Assembly: GCA_038231275.1 (NCBI GenBank)
Contig: JBBRLQ010000007.1
Location: forward strand, 275,825-339,824
Length of the DNA stretch: 64,000 bases
Direction of reading: 5' to 3'
Source: Polyangiales bacterium
GTDB lineage: Bacteria; Myxococcota_A; Polyangia; Polyangiales; Polyangiaceae
The notes beneath the pieces were generated by a model. It saw only the letters and a program-made list of their open reading frames with translations. It searched no databases and had not been told where the DNA came from. The position numbers and the translations under genes are program-made. Numbering within the stretch: position 1 is the first letter of the stretch; each line of letters begins with the position of its first letter. This document shows positions 53,627 through 64,000 of this stretch, piece after piece.

Positions 53627-55051
53627 TCACAGCATGCTGGGGAAGTCCTTCTTGGCCGCCGCCGCCATGTCCTTCGCCCACTGGCGAATGCGGTCCTCGT
53701 TCGGGCCTTCGATCATGATGCGGAGCTTCGGCTCCGTGCCGCTCCAGCGGACGAGGATGCGCCCGTCGTTGCCGAGCTCCTTTTTGACCTTGTTCGTGAG
53801 GGTGTCGAGGCCCTTCATGTCCTCGATCTGCCGCTTCGCGGGGAGCGTCACGTTCTCGAGGACCTGCGGGACGCGCTCCATGGCGCTCTGCGCGAGCTCG
53901 GAGAGCGGCTTGCCGGTGCGCGCCATGATCGAGAGCACCTGGAGCGCCGCGACGAGGCCGTCGCCGGTCGTCGCGTGGTCGAGGAAGATGAGGTGCCCCG
54001 ACTGCTCGCCGCCGAGGTTGTAGCCTCCCGCGCGCATCGCCTCGACGACGTAGCGGTCGCCGACCTGCGTCCGGAGCATCTTGCCGCCCTGGCCTTCGAC
54101 CGCGCGCTCGAGGCCGAGGTTGCTCATGACGGTGGCGACCAAGGTCTTCTTCTTCAGCTCGCCGTCGCGGAGGAGGCGCGTCGCGCACATCGCCATGACG
54201 ACGTCGCCGTCGACGATTTGCCCCTTCTCGTCGGCGACGATCAAGCGGTCGGCGTCGCCGTCGAGCGCGATCCCGATCTGCGCGCGGCGGCGCACCACCT
54301 CGGCGCGGACGTTGTCGGGGTGGAGCGCGCCGACGTCCTTGTTGATGTTGACGCCGTTCGGCTTCACGCCGATGGCGGTGACGGTCGCGCCGAGCTCGGT
54401 GAAGACGGCGGGGGCGACGCGGTATGCCGCGCCGTGGGCGGCGTCGACGACGATACGGACGCCGTCGAGCGAGAGCTCGCGAGGGAACGTGTTCTTGACG
54501 TACGCGACGTAGCGGCCGCGGGAATCTTCGAGCTTCTCGGCGCGGCCGATGCCGGGGCCGGTGGGGCGCGTGCCGAGGAGGCCGTCGTTCTGCATGAGGC
54601 GCTCGATCTCGACCTCGGACTCGTCGGGGAGCTTGAAGCCGTCGCCGCCGAAGATCTTGATGCCGTTGTCCGCGTACGGGTTGTGGCTCGCGCTGATGAC
54701 GACGCCGGCGTCCGCGCGCATGCTGACCGCGAGGTGGGCGACGGCGGGGGTCGGCACCGGACCGCAGAGGAGGACCTTGCCGCCCATCGAGCACACGCCG
54801 GCCGAAATCGCCGTCTCGAGCATGTAGCCGGAGAGGCGCGTGTCCTTGCCGATCAAGATGCGCGGCATGTGCGTCTTGCCGCGCCCCGCGACGAACGTGA
54901 CCGCGCGTCCGAGCTGGAGCGCCATCTCCGGCGTCATCGGCGCCTCGTTCGCCATTCCGCGGACGCCGTCGGTGCCGAAGAGGTGCCGCTTGGCGGCGCC
55001 GTTGCTCTCGGAGGTCTTGGGGGTGCGAACGGAGACGGGGGCTTTCTTCAT
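53627..55051 (-). CDS. glmM: phosphoglucosamine mutase
   Basis: FGTDGVRG, GKDTRLSG, ISASHNP, DGDADR, GGEQSGH and RWSGTEPKLR motifs. Confidence 0.96.
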   Translation of the reverse strand: MKKAPVSVRTPKTSESNGAAKRHLFGTDGVRGMANEAPMTPEMALQLGRAVTFVAGRGKTHMPRILIGKDTRLSGYMLETAISAGVCSMGGKVLLCGPVPTPAVAHLAVSMRADAGVVISASHNPYADNGIKIFGGDGFKLPDESEVEIERLMQNDGLLGTRPTGPGIGRAEKLEDSRGRYVAYVKNTFPRELSLDGVRIVVDAAHGAAYRVAPAVFTELGATVTAIGVKPNGVNINKDVGALHPDNVRAEVVRRRAQIGIALDGDADRLIVADEKGQIVDGDVVMAMCATRLLRDGELKKKTLVATVMSNLGLERAVEGQGGKMLRTQVGDRYVVEAMRAGGYNLGGEQSGHLIFLDHATTGDGLVAALQVLSIMARTGKPLSELAQSAMERVPQVLENVTLPAKRQIEDMKGLDTLTNKVKKELGNDGRILVRWSGTEPKLRIMIEGPNEDRIRQWAKDMAAAAKKDFPSML

Positions 55052-55064
55052 GACTCTCTTGCGT

Positions 55065-55550
55065 TCAATCGCGGAAGTTGACGAACTGGATCTCGATGCC
55101 GAGGTCGAGGCCGCGCACGAGCTGCATCGCTTTCTGAAGATCGTCCTTGTTCTTGCCGGTGACGCGCACCTGCACGTCTTGAATGGACGACTGTACCTTG
55201 AGCTTCGCGTCCTTGATCGCTTGGTTGATCTTGCGCCCGGCGTCGGGCTCGATGCCCTCCTTCACTTTGGTGAGGATGCGCGAGCCGCCTTTGCTGGTGA
55301 CCTCGGGCTTCTGCTCGTCGAGCGCCATGAGGCTGACCTTGCGCTTGATGAGCTTCTCGCGAAGGACGGTGATCGCGGCGCGCGCGCGATCGTCGGTAGA
55401 GGAGCGAACGACGAGGCCATCGGCGGTCTTCTCGAGCTCGGTGCCGGTGTCCTTGAAGTCGTAGCGCTGCCCGACCTCTTTCTGGGCCTGGAGCAGCGCG
55501 TTCTCGATCTCGTTCCATTGCACCTTCGAGACGACGTCGAAGCTCGGCAT
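55065..55550 (-). CDS. yajQ: YajQ family nucleotide (c-di-GMP)-binding protein
   Basis: MPSFDVVS, RYDFK, VRVTGK..DDLQ and terminal NFRD motifs. Confidence 0.96.
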   Translation of the reverse strand: MPSFDVVSKVQWNEIENALLQAQKEVGQRYDFKDTGTELEKTADGLVVRSSTDDRARAAITVLREKLIKRKVSLMALDEQKPEVTSKGGSRILTKVKEGIEPDAGRKINQAIKDAKLKVQSSIQDVQVRVTGKNKDDLQKAMQLVRGLDLGIEIQFVNFRD

Positions 55551-55656
55551 CTTGTGGGTCTCCGTGGCGTGGGGCCGGAGGATAGATCAGAGCGGATTGC
55601 CACCGCTATGGGCGCTTTTGCGTGATCGGGAGCGCTGCCTCGTCCAACGGGAGGAC

Positions 55657-56601
55657 ATGACGAAGCGCCGCATCCTTCTGGGTGTCGTGGTTACCGCACT
55701 GACCGGGCTTTTCTCGAAAGGAGCGTCCGCCGACGCGTGTGCGCCGCTCGCCGCGCCGCCCCCGATGCGGAGCGAAGCGGGCCTCACGATCACGTCGCCG
55801 AGCGCGAATCGCGGACCGGGCGGTCACCGCCTGCGGACGCACACCCGGCGCGAGCGCGGAAACAAGCTCGTGTGGGAGGGGCCGGAGGTGCCGGCATTCG
55901 TGCCGCTCCACGTCGGCAAGATGACGCTCGACCTCTTCGACGCGACCGACGCGGGGTACATGGCGCTGTACCGCGACGAGGACCTCGATTCGGTCGGGGT
56001 CGACGCGAAGTGCGGCATCGATTTCGTGGGCGACGACGGGAAGCCGGAATTCCCCGGCGCCAAGAAGAACTGCGACGCCGAGGTGCGGCTCTTCGACTGC
56101 GCGGGGCGCGAGCTCGTCGCGTTGCCGTTCGCGCAGGTGCTCTCGCGTCCCGATCACCTCGAGGTCCAGGACGTCCACTTCGCGGACGGCACGATCTACT
56201 TCAACGAGGCGTGCCAGGGCTACTCGCGCTTCGCGGGCGGGCGCTGCTCGTCGCTCGTCGCGGTCGATCCCTTCACGCGGAAGGTGCTCTGGCGGACGGC
56301 GCCCCTCACGTCGAACAACGCATTCGCAATCGCCGGCGACGTGATCGTGACGGCGTACGGCTTCACGGCGGAGCGGAGCAGCATCCGTCTCGTGCGGCGC
56401 AGCGACGGGAAGATCCTCGACACCAAGTCGCTGCCCAGCTCGGCGGACGACGATCTCCGCGTCCGCGGCGACGTCGTCTCGGTCAATCTCTACAACATGC
56501 TCGGCAAGGTCGGCTTCCGCATCGACGGCGCGGGCGGCCCGGCGCCAAAGCTCGTCGCGCTCCCGTCGCCGCGCGGACCCATCGCGCATCGCGCGCGCTG
56601 A
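55657..56601 (+). CDS. secreted hypothetical protein with a beta-propeller-like C-terminus
   Basis: GGAGG RBS; signal peptide ending ASA; LVAVDP...KVLW and YGFTAE motifs. Confidence 0.7.
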   Translation: MTKRRILLGVVVTALTGLFSKGASADACAPLAAPPPMRSEAGLTITSPSANRGPGGHRLRTHTRRERGNKLVWEGPEVPAFVPLHVGKMTLDLFDATDAGYMALYRDEDLDSVGVDAKCGIDFVGDDGKPEFPGAKKNCDAEVRLFDCAGRELVALPFAQVLSRPDHLEVQDVHFADGTIYFNEACQGYSRFAGGRCSSLVAVDPFTRKVLWRTAPLTSNNAFAIAGDVIVTAYGFTAERSSIRLVRRSDGKILDTKSLPSSADDDLRVRGDVVSVNLYNMLGKVGFRIDGAGGPAPKLVALPSPRGPIAHRAR

Positions 56602-56613
56602 CGGAGTAGTCTT

Positions 56614-57816
56614 TCACAACGCGATGGGAGGATCGCGCGGCAACCCGAGAAGGTGCGCGCGCGCTTCGCCGACGAGGAAGATCGATCCGCACACGACGAC
56701 CAGGCCTGCACCTGCGATCACACGCGCGCGCTCGAGGGCCTCGGTGACGCTGGGCGCCGTCTCGCCGGGGTGGCGCTCGGCGAAGACGGCAGGATCGGTC
56801 GCGGCGCGGGCGAGGCCTGAAAATACGGGCGGCGCGACGTAAACCCGCGTGTCGGAGAGCGGCGCAACGGCGTCGAGCATGCCTTGCCACGGCTTGTCCG
56901 CGAGCGCGCCGAAGACGAGACAACGAGGTCGCTCGTCGTCCGCCAGGATCGCGCGGGCGAGAGCCTCCGCGCCGTCGGGGTTGTGGGCGGCGTCGAGGAG
57001 CCAGGGACCGCGCGCGTCGTCGATGCGCTCCATCCTGCCGGGCCATCGCGCGTCCTCGATCCCGTGCGCGATCGCCGTCGCGCTCGCTCCCATGGCATCG
57101 GCGAGCGCCCACGCGACGGCGGCGTTCTCCTTCTGGTGAGCGCCCGCGAGCCCGGTCACGACGTCGCGCGCGGGTGCCTCTCTCACGGTCGCGCCGATTT
57201 GTGCCGCCTCCGCCTCGATCGCCGCGCGCGCCTCGCCATCGATCGGTCCGAGCCAAAGCGTCTTGCCGGCGCGCGCGATGCCGGCCTTCTCGCGCGCGAT
57301 GTCGGCGAGCGTCGGTCCGAGGCGATCCATGTGATCGAACGCGATGCGCGTGATCGCGGAGGCGATCGGGGAGGGGACCACGTTCGTCGCGTCGAGCCTC
57401 CCGCCGATGCCGACCTCGACGATCGCGACATCGACCTTTGCGTCCCGGAAAGCGAGGAACGCCGCGAGCGTCGCTACCTCGAAGAAGGAGAGATCGGGGC
57501 CCGCCGTGAGTGCCTGGTCGAGGATGCGCGCGAGGCGTTCGTCGTCGAGGGGCGCCCCGCCGATGCGAATGCGCTCGGCGAATCGGCAAAGATGCGGCGA
57601 CGTGTACATGCCGGTGGCGCGGCCCTCGGCGCGCAGCGCGGCTTCGACCATCGCGCAAACCGAGCCTTTGCCATTCGTCCCCGCGACGTGCACGACCTCG
57701 TACGCGCGCTCGGGGTGACCGAGGCGCGCGCACGCGTCCTTCATGGGCGCGAGGCCGAGGCGCATCCCGAGGGACGCGCGCGCATAGAGACCGCGCAGCG
57801 CCTCGTCGAGCGTCAT
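56614..57816 (-). CDS. folC: bifunctional folylpolyglutamate synthase/dihydrofolate synthase
   Basis: HVAGTNGKGS, TSPHL, EVGIGGRLDATN, WPGRME and DAAHNPDG motifs. Confidence 0.96.
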   Translation of the reverse strand: MTLDEALRGLYARASLGMRLGLAPMKDACARLGHPERAYEVVHVAGTNGKGSVCAMVEAALRAEGRATGMYTSPHLCRFAERIRIGGAPLDDERLARILDQALTAGPDLSFFEVATLAAFLAFRDAKVDVAIVEVGIGGRLDATNVVPSPIASAITRIAFDHMDRLGPTLADIAREKAGIARAGKTLWLGPIDGEARAAIEAEAAQIGATVREAPARDVVTGLAGAHQKENAAVAWALADAMGASATAIAHGIEDARWPGRMERIDDARGPWLLDAAHNPDGAEALARAILADDERPRCLVFGALADKPWQGMLDAVAPLSDTRVYVAPPVFSGLARAATDPAVFAERHPGETAPSVTEALERARVIAGAGLVVVCGSIFLVGEARAHLLGLPRDPPIAL

Positions 57817-57821
57817 CGCCT

Positions 57822-58712
57822 CTAGGTATGGCCGCGGGTGTGGGCGTGGCCGTGGGCGTGGCCGTGGTTCGTTGCGCGCCCGAGGTGACCGAGCAGCGTC
57901 GCGAGCTCGCGCTTCATCTCGAGGCGGCTCGCGATCCTGTCGACCATTCCGTGCGCGAGGAGAAACTCGCTTCGCTGGAACCCCTCGGGCAACGTCTGCC
58001 GGATCGTGCTCTCGATGACGCGCGGTCCCGCGAAGCCGATGAGCGCCTTCGGCTCGGCGATGTTCACGTCGCCAAGCAAAGCGAAGCTCGCGGCGACGCC
58101 GCCCGTGGTCGGATGAAGCAGCACGCTCATGAAGGGGAGCCCTGCATCGCGCAGTCGCTCACGCGCCGCGACGGTCTTGGCCATCTGCATGAGGCTCAAA
58201 ATCCCCTCCTGCATGCGCGCGCCGCCCGACGCTTGGAGGAGCACTACCGGCAATCGCTCGGTCGTCGCGCGCTCGAAGAGGCGCGTGATCTTCTCGCCGA
58301 CGACGCTCCCCATCGAGCCGCCCATGAACGCGAAGAGGAAGCTCCCCCACGCGATGGTCCGCCCGTCCAGGCGTCCGCGCCCGATCTCGATCGCCTCTCT
58401 GGCCCGCGCGTTCTTCTGCGCGGCAGCGACGCGATCGGGGTACGGCTTGCCGTCGGTGAACTGGAGCGGATCGGTCGGCTCGAGGTGCGCGTCCCACTCC
58501 TCGAGCACGCCGTCGTCGAGGAGGAGCTCGCGCCAACCGTCGGCGGCGAGCTTGTGGTGCTTCCCGCACTGCGGGCACACCTCGAAGTTTGCCTCGAACG
58601 CCTCGGCGGGCAGCGTCTCGTCGCATCCGTCGCATTTACGGAAGACGCCCTTGCCGAAGCTCTTCTTCTCGCTGGCGTCCAGGCCAGCCGGTTTCCGCGT
58701 GGGCCAGGTCAT
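57822..58712 (-). CDS. accD: acetyl-CoA carboxylase carboxyltransferase beta subunit
   Basis: KCDGC...CPQC zinc finger, FMGGSMGSVVGEK, SGGARMQEG and PTTGGVAASF motifs. Confidence 0.97.
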   Translation of the reverse strand: MTWPTRKPAGLDASEKKSFGKGVFRKCDGCDETLPAEAFEANFEVCPQCGKHHKLAADGWRELLLDDGVLEEWDAHLEPTDPLQFTDGKPYPDRVAAAQKNARAREAIEIGRGRLDGRTIAWGSFLFAFMGGSMGSVVGEKITRLFERATTERLPVVLLQASGGARMQEGILSLMQMAKTVAARERLRDAGLPFMSVLLHPTTGGVAASFALLGDVNIAEPKALIGFAGPRVIESTIRQTLPEGFQRSEFLLAHGMVDRIASRLEMKRELATLLGHLGRATNHGHAHGHAHTRGHT

Positions 58713-58749
58713 CGGTGGCCTCCTTAATAGCACGCCGCGGCGGGCGATA

Positions 58750-59382
58750 TCATCGGAGCCACGCGAGCACTTCGTCAAAGAGCACGACGGCGAGGACCGT
58801 CGGCGGCAGGAGGCCGAGCGCCGATCCGAGCAAGTAGTCGCGGAAGCGGACGCGCGAGAGGGCGAGCGCGTAGTTGAGCGGCGGAGAGAAGAGGAGGAAG
58901 AGGCGCAGGAGCGCGATCGTGCGGATCGGCTGCGTCTCGAGGCGACCCATCCATTTTCGAATTCGGGCCTTCACGGCCTGGGCGATTCGCGAGAGACCTG
59001 TGGCGGCTGCATCGGGAGGAGGCTCGACCTTCGGCGCCGAACGCCCCGCGACGCCGCGAACGAGCGCGAAGCTCACCGAGATGGAGACGAGCGCGGCGGC
59101 GTACGCGAACGGACCTCCCCACGTCGGCCCATAGAAGAGGACGGCCGCCGCGACGAAGACGAGGCCCGGCACCTGCACGAGCTCGCCGACGCAGAACGAC
59201 GCCACGAACAGAAGAATCCCCCACGCGCCCGCGCCGGCGACGAGCGCGCGCACGCCGTCGATCGTGAGGTGCTCGTGCCAGCCGAGCGCGCGCCCGATCG
59301 CGAGGAGGAGGAGCGGCAGAGCGAGCGCCGCACCGACGCGCGCGCGGCGTTTCCAGCGGGGCGCGTCGCCGTCGGGGCTCAC
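58750..59382 (-). CDS. TVP38/TMEM64 (DedA/VTT superfamily) membrane protein
   Basis: TM segments; LLRLF..PPLNYALALSRVRFRDYLLGSALGLLP motif; start uncertain. Confidence 0.85.
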   Translation of the reverse strand: MSPDGDAPRWKRRARVGAALALPLLLLAIGRALGWHEHLTIDGVRALVAGAGAWGILLFVASFCVGELVQVPGLVFVAAAVLFYGPTWGGPFAYAAALVSISVSFALVRGVAGRSAPKVEPPPDAAATGLSRIAQAVKARIRKWMGRLETQPIRTIALLRLFLLFSPPLNYALALSRVRFRDYLLGSALGLLPPTVLAVVLFDEVLAWLR

Positions 59383-59439
59383 GCGAGGAGCGTACCGCAG
59401 GTTGGGCAGTCCGCGGCGCATCGCGCTACGCTGCCGCTT

Positions 59440-60246
59440 GTGAGACACGCGCTCGTGATCGGTCTATTGGCGTGCGCCGCATGCGAGCGTCAGGATTTCA
59501 CGGGGCCGCTCATCTTCGACGCCGCCCCCGCCGACGACGAAGCCAGCACCGATGCCGGAGTGGACGCGCCCGCCGACGTCGCCGAAGCGGCCGTCGACGC
59601 CCCTCCCGACGCGCCGCCGCCCATCCCGACGAGCTGCAAAGACGCGCACGCGCGCGATCCGGCCGCCGCGAGCGGCCTCTTCACGATCGACACCGACGGC
59701 GCCGGGACGCGCGCGCCCTTCGCCGTGCAATGCGACATGACGACCGAAGGCGGCGGCTGGACGCTCATCGCGCGCTCGGTCTCCAGCGGCGACGCCGGCG
59801 CGAGCGGCCCCTTCGGCTGGACCGCGACGAGCGGCAGCCCCACGTCTCTCGACGCGCCGTACTCGCTTTCGCCGCGCGCGGCAGGCCTGTCCTTCAAGCG
59901 CGTGCTCGTCGGCGCGCGAGTGGCGTCGCCCGGCTCGCTCGACTGGCTCTTCGTCTACGATCTCCCCATCGACGCCGCGTTCGTCGACGCCCACGCCGCG
60001 AGCTCCGCGTCGGTCGAGCCGGTCGCCGTCAAGGGCTGCGGCGCCGGCGTCCCGTCGTTCTTGCGCCACGCCGGCTACACCGCGCGCGAGGACAGCTTCT
60101 TTTTCCGTGACAGCGACGACAGCGCAGCGACGAGCGGCCTCACCGCGGGGGGCTGGGTCTTCGCCGGCGTCGCGCCTCCCGACGGCGTGGGCTGCGCGAC
60201 GTACGGGGGGCTCTATGGCCAGCAGGGGCTCGTGATGGTGCGGTGA
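59440..60246 (+). CDS. lipoprotein with a fibrinogen-like (CDMTTxGGGWT) domain
   Basis: Lipobox; SCKD...SGLFTID...VQCDMTTEGGGWTL motif. Confidence 0.8.
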   Translation: MRHALVIGLLACAACERQDFTGPLIFDAAPADDEASTDAGVDAPADVAEAAVDAPPDAPPPIPTSCKDAHARDPAAASGLFTIDTDGAGTRAPFAVQCDMTTEGGGWTLIARSVSSGDAGASGPFGWTATSGSPTSLDAPYSLSPRAAGLSFKRVLVGARVASPGSLDWLFVYDLPIDAAFVDAHAASSASVEPVAVKGCGAGVPSFLRHAGYTAREDSFFFRDSDDSAATSGLTAGGWVFAGVAPPDGVGCATYGGLYGQQGLVMVR

Positions 60247-60264
60247 ACAGTTCTCGAGGCCGCT

Positions 60265-61716
60265 CTACCGCTTCAGCGTGAACGCATCGATCACATCATC
60301 CGCGCCGCTCGCCTTCACGCCGAATGCCTTGAAGCCGAGCGTCGCGCCGTCGAGGGTGAGGATGCCGTAGACGCCGACGTACGACGTCCCGCGGCCGAAC
60401 GCGACGTTGAGCTCGCGATGCGCGGCCGGCGTCGTGCCGATCGCCTCGGCCAGGGCGCCCGCTCCCGCGCACACGACGTACGTGGGGCCGCCGGTCTGCG
60501 GAACCGGCGCGTCCGGGGCGCCGCCGAGGGCCTTCGAACGCTCGTATTCGTGCTCGTGCCCCGCGATCACGAGATCGACGTGGTGCGCTTGCCAGATGGG
60601 AACGAGCGAGCGGCGCACCGCGACCACGTCGGGATCGTCGGCGTGATCGGCGGTGGAGTAATCGCCGCGATGATGATCGACGATCAGAAACGGACGCGCC
60701 GCGCGGTTCGCGTCGGCGAGCGCGAGATCGCGATCGAGCCACGCGAGCTGCGCCTTCGCTTCGTCGCTGCCGCCCAAGGTCGCGATCGCCTCGTCGTCGA
60801 GGACGACCACGTGCGCGTTGCCGATGTCGAACGAGCTGAAGCTCTCCGCGTACGGCCCGTCTCCGGGCAGCGCGAAGCTGCCGAAGAACTGCGGCGACTC
60901 GGCCTCGTGGTTGCCGGCTGCGGGCAGAATGAGCTGCTGCCCGAGCGTGAGGAAGCCCTTGTCGTCCTTCCACGCCTTGTCGAGCCAGCTCGTGAACTGC
61001 GACTGCTGCGTGCCGAAGAACACCAGATCGCCGCTGAAGATCTGCATGCTCACCGCGGCGTCGCGCATTCGCTGCTGCACCGTCTGGAGGATGTCCATCG
61101 AGTCGCGTGAGTCGCCGGAGATTCCGATCGTGATGGGACCGGTACGCGGGACGGTCGTGAACGACTGCGTCGCGCTCCACACCTCGGCGCCGGGCGCGCC
61201 TCCGCCGACTTGGTAATAGTACGTCTTGCCGGGCGCGAGGCCACAGACGTGCGCTTCGTGGACGCGCGCAGGCGCTTCGTCGTGGCCGAAGCCGATCGTG
61301 GGCGGGGGGATGCTGAAGGAGAAGCCCGTGTGAACGTCGGACAGCGCGTCGGGCGCGACGCCGATGCGGACCTTCGCCGCGCGGGTGGACGCGGCGGTCT
61401 CCCACACGAAGGCCATGCTCGTCGTCGGATCCGCGTAGCCGGCGGCGCCTGCGGTCGTCCCTCCGCCGAGACCGAGTCGAACGCGCGCCGGCGTTGCGCC
61501 AGCCGGATCGGACGCCGGTGACGTGTCGTCGAGCGCCATGTCGAAGAACGCGCGGACGTCGGGAGGCGTCACCGTGTACGCGCATCCCGCGGGCGCGTAG
61601 GTGAGGGGAGGCGCGGCGGCGTCGACGGCCGGGGTCGTCCCGCTCCCGCTCCCCTTCGAAGCGCACGCGGCCGCGACCATCGAGAGAGCCGCCACCGTCG
61701 CGTGTTGCCACCGCAT
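60265..61716 (-). CDS. purple acid phosphatase-like metallophosphoesterase lipoprotein with an FN3-type N-terminal domain
   Basis: GLAPGKTYYYQVG, GDSR, GDLVF, GNHE and GHEHEYER motifs. Confidence 0.87.
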   Translation of the reverse strand: MRWQHATVAALSMVAAACASKGSGSGTTPAVDAAAPPLTYAPAGCAYTVTPPDVRAFFDMALDDTSPASDPAGATPARVRLGLGGGTTAGAAGYADPTTSMAFVWETAASTRAAKVRIGVAPDALSDVHTGFSFSIPPPTIGFGHDEAPARVHEAHVCGLAPGKTYYYQVGGGAPGAEVWSATQSFTTVPRTGPITIGISGDSRDSMDILQTVQQRMRDAAVSMQIFSGDLVFFGTQQSQFTSWLDKAWKDDKGFLTLGQQLILPAAGNHEAESPQFFGSFALPGDGPYAESFSSFDIGNAHVVVLDDEAIATLGGSDEAKAQLAWLDRDLALADANRAARPFLIVDHHRGDYSTADHADDPDVVAVRRSLVPIWQAHHVDLVIAGHEHEYERSKALGGAPDAPVPQTGGPTYVVCAGAGALAEAIGTTPAAHRELNVAFGRGTSYVGVYGILTLDGATLGFKAFGVKASGADDVIDAFTLKR

Positions 61717-61839
61717 GGCGCTTTAGTAGCACGCCGTCGCGAACGCAGTCGCGCGGAGGAGGTCCAGGTGGACGTGGCGCGGTCCACGCTGTCGGACTTC
61801 GCCGCGCGCCGAATGCGGGCGCACTGGCGCGCGACCGCG

Positions 61840-61855
61840 CGGCACTGGAGTTGCA
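61840..61855 (+). promoter_or_regulatory. putative sigma54 promoter
   Basis: CGGCAC-TGGAG-TTGCA, 15 nt before ATG 61870. Confidence 0.55.
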
Positions 61856-61869
61856 CGAAGTGGGGGGCC

Positions 61870-62661
61870 ATGAAGAGGATGCTCGCAAGCGCCGTGGTGC
61901 TCGTCCTGACCGCGTGCACGGTCGCGTGCAGCGGGAGCGCCGCCTCACCGGCGAGCGTCGCCGACACACCCGACTCCGCCGCGGGCGGCGATCTCGACGG
62001 CGCGCCCTCCGCCGACGCCGCGCCGTCCGCCGACGCGTCGCCCGATCCCGACGCCGGCACCGACGCGTCGCCCGGCGACGCCGGCGATCCTCCGACCTTC
62101 ACCGTTAAGCGAGGCGCGCTCCTCTTCTCCGATGACTTCAGCGCGGCGTCGTTCACCGCCAACTGGCAGGTCGTCGGCGCGACGTGGTCGCTCGCGGACG
62201 GGCACCTCAGCGGCGTGCGTGCGGCCGGCGAAAAGGATCCCAACATCAGCCACGTCATGCCCGTCGATCGCGTCGTCATGCAGTTCGCGTTCAACCTCGG
62301 CGGCGCCGGCTCCGCGGGCGTTCGTTTGAACCATCAGGCGCCAAACCCCCAGCACCTCGTCAACGTCGTCGTCACGTCGAGCGCGGTGGCCCTGAACGAA
62401 ATGTCCGGCTGGAGCACGACGACCAAGAGCTCGCCTCTCGCAAACGCGCCGGTCACGCTCGACGCCGCCGCGTGGCACGTCGGCGTGCTCGAGGTGTACG
62501 GCAACGCCGTCGCCTTCAGCGTGGACGGCAAGAAGCTCGTCGCCGGCACCACGGTCGATCAGAGCGCGACGCCGCGCGACCAGTTCGTGCTCGAGACGAA
62601 CGCGGTCGGCGCGCCCGTCTCGTACGACGACATGAAGGTGTGGGAGGCCCTCCCGCTCTGA
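61870..62661 (+). CDS. lipoprotein with a concanavalin-A/LamG-like beta-sandwich domain
   Basis: Lipobox; DAG linker; LLFSDDF, WH..LEV.G...VDG and YDDMKVW motifs. Confidence 0.7.
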   Translation: MKRMLASAVVLVLTACTVACSGSAASPASVADTPDSAAGGDLDGAPSADAAPSADASPDPDAGTDASPGDAGDPPTFTVKRGALLFSDDFSAASFTANWQVVGATWSLADGHLSGVRAAGEKDPNISHVMPVDRVVMQFAFNLGGAGSAGVRLNHQAPNPQHLVNVVVTSSAVALNEMSGWSTTTKSSPLANAPVTLDAAAWHVGVLEVYGNAVAFSVDGKKLVAGTTVDQSATPRDQFVLETNAVGAPVSYDDMKVWEALPL

Positions 62662-62744
62662 CGTGACCGCGACCCAGACGCGCGGCGCCCGCACTGGGCC
62701 GCAGATTGGCGCTGCGGGCCGACTTGAGGCATGGTCCGGCTTCG

Positions 62745-64000
<1,256 letters not shown>

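Overview
Very GC-rich, densely coding bacterial chromosome segment. Gene content (eukaryote-like Ser/Thr kinases, a giant TPR protein, many DAG/DGG-linker and Cys-rich lipoproteins, sigma54-type promoters) points to a myxobacterium, probably Polyangiales-like (inference). Housekeeping genes: lhr-nei, fmt, serC-serA, sahR-ahcY, glmM, yajQ, accD-folC, ygiQ. These are interleaved with secreted or accessory genes: peptidoglycan-acting enzymes, a PHM-like copper monooxygenase, a PHI-1/EXORDIUM-like protein, fibrinogen-like and STIG1-like proteins. I saw no rRNA, tRNA, CRISPR array, transposase or integrase. The most striking unexplained signals are: (i) an exported, coiled-coil ClpP-like protease whose SD sequence is locked in a long hairpin just behind a (GACTCC)8 microsatellite; (ii) two families of structured REP-like repeats, one starting exactly at stop codons and one forming an inverted pair with compensatory base changes around a small lipoprotein gene; (iii) sigma54-like promoters 13-15 nt before the ATG of several secreted proteins, including cell-wall enzymes; (iv) two candidate peptidoglycan effector modules; (v) a pseudokinase-receiver-kinase cluster. 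Family calls come from motif recognition by eye, not database searches, and start codons are best estimates.
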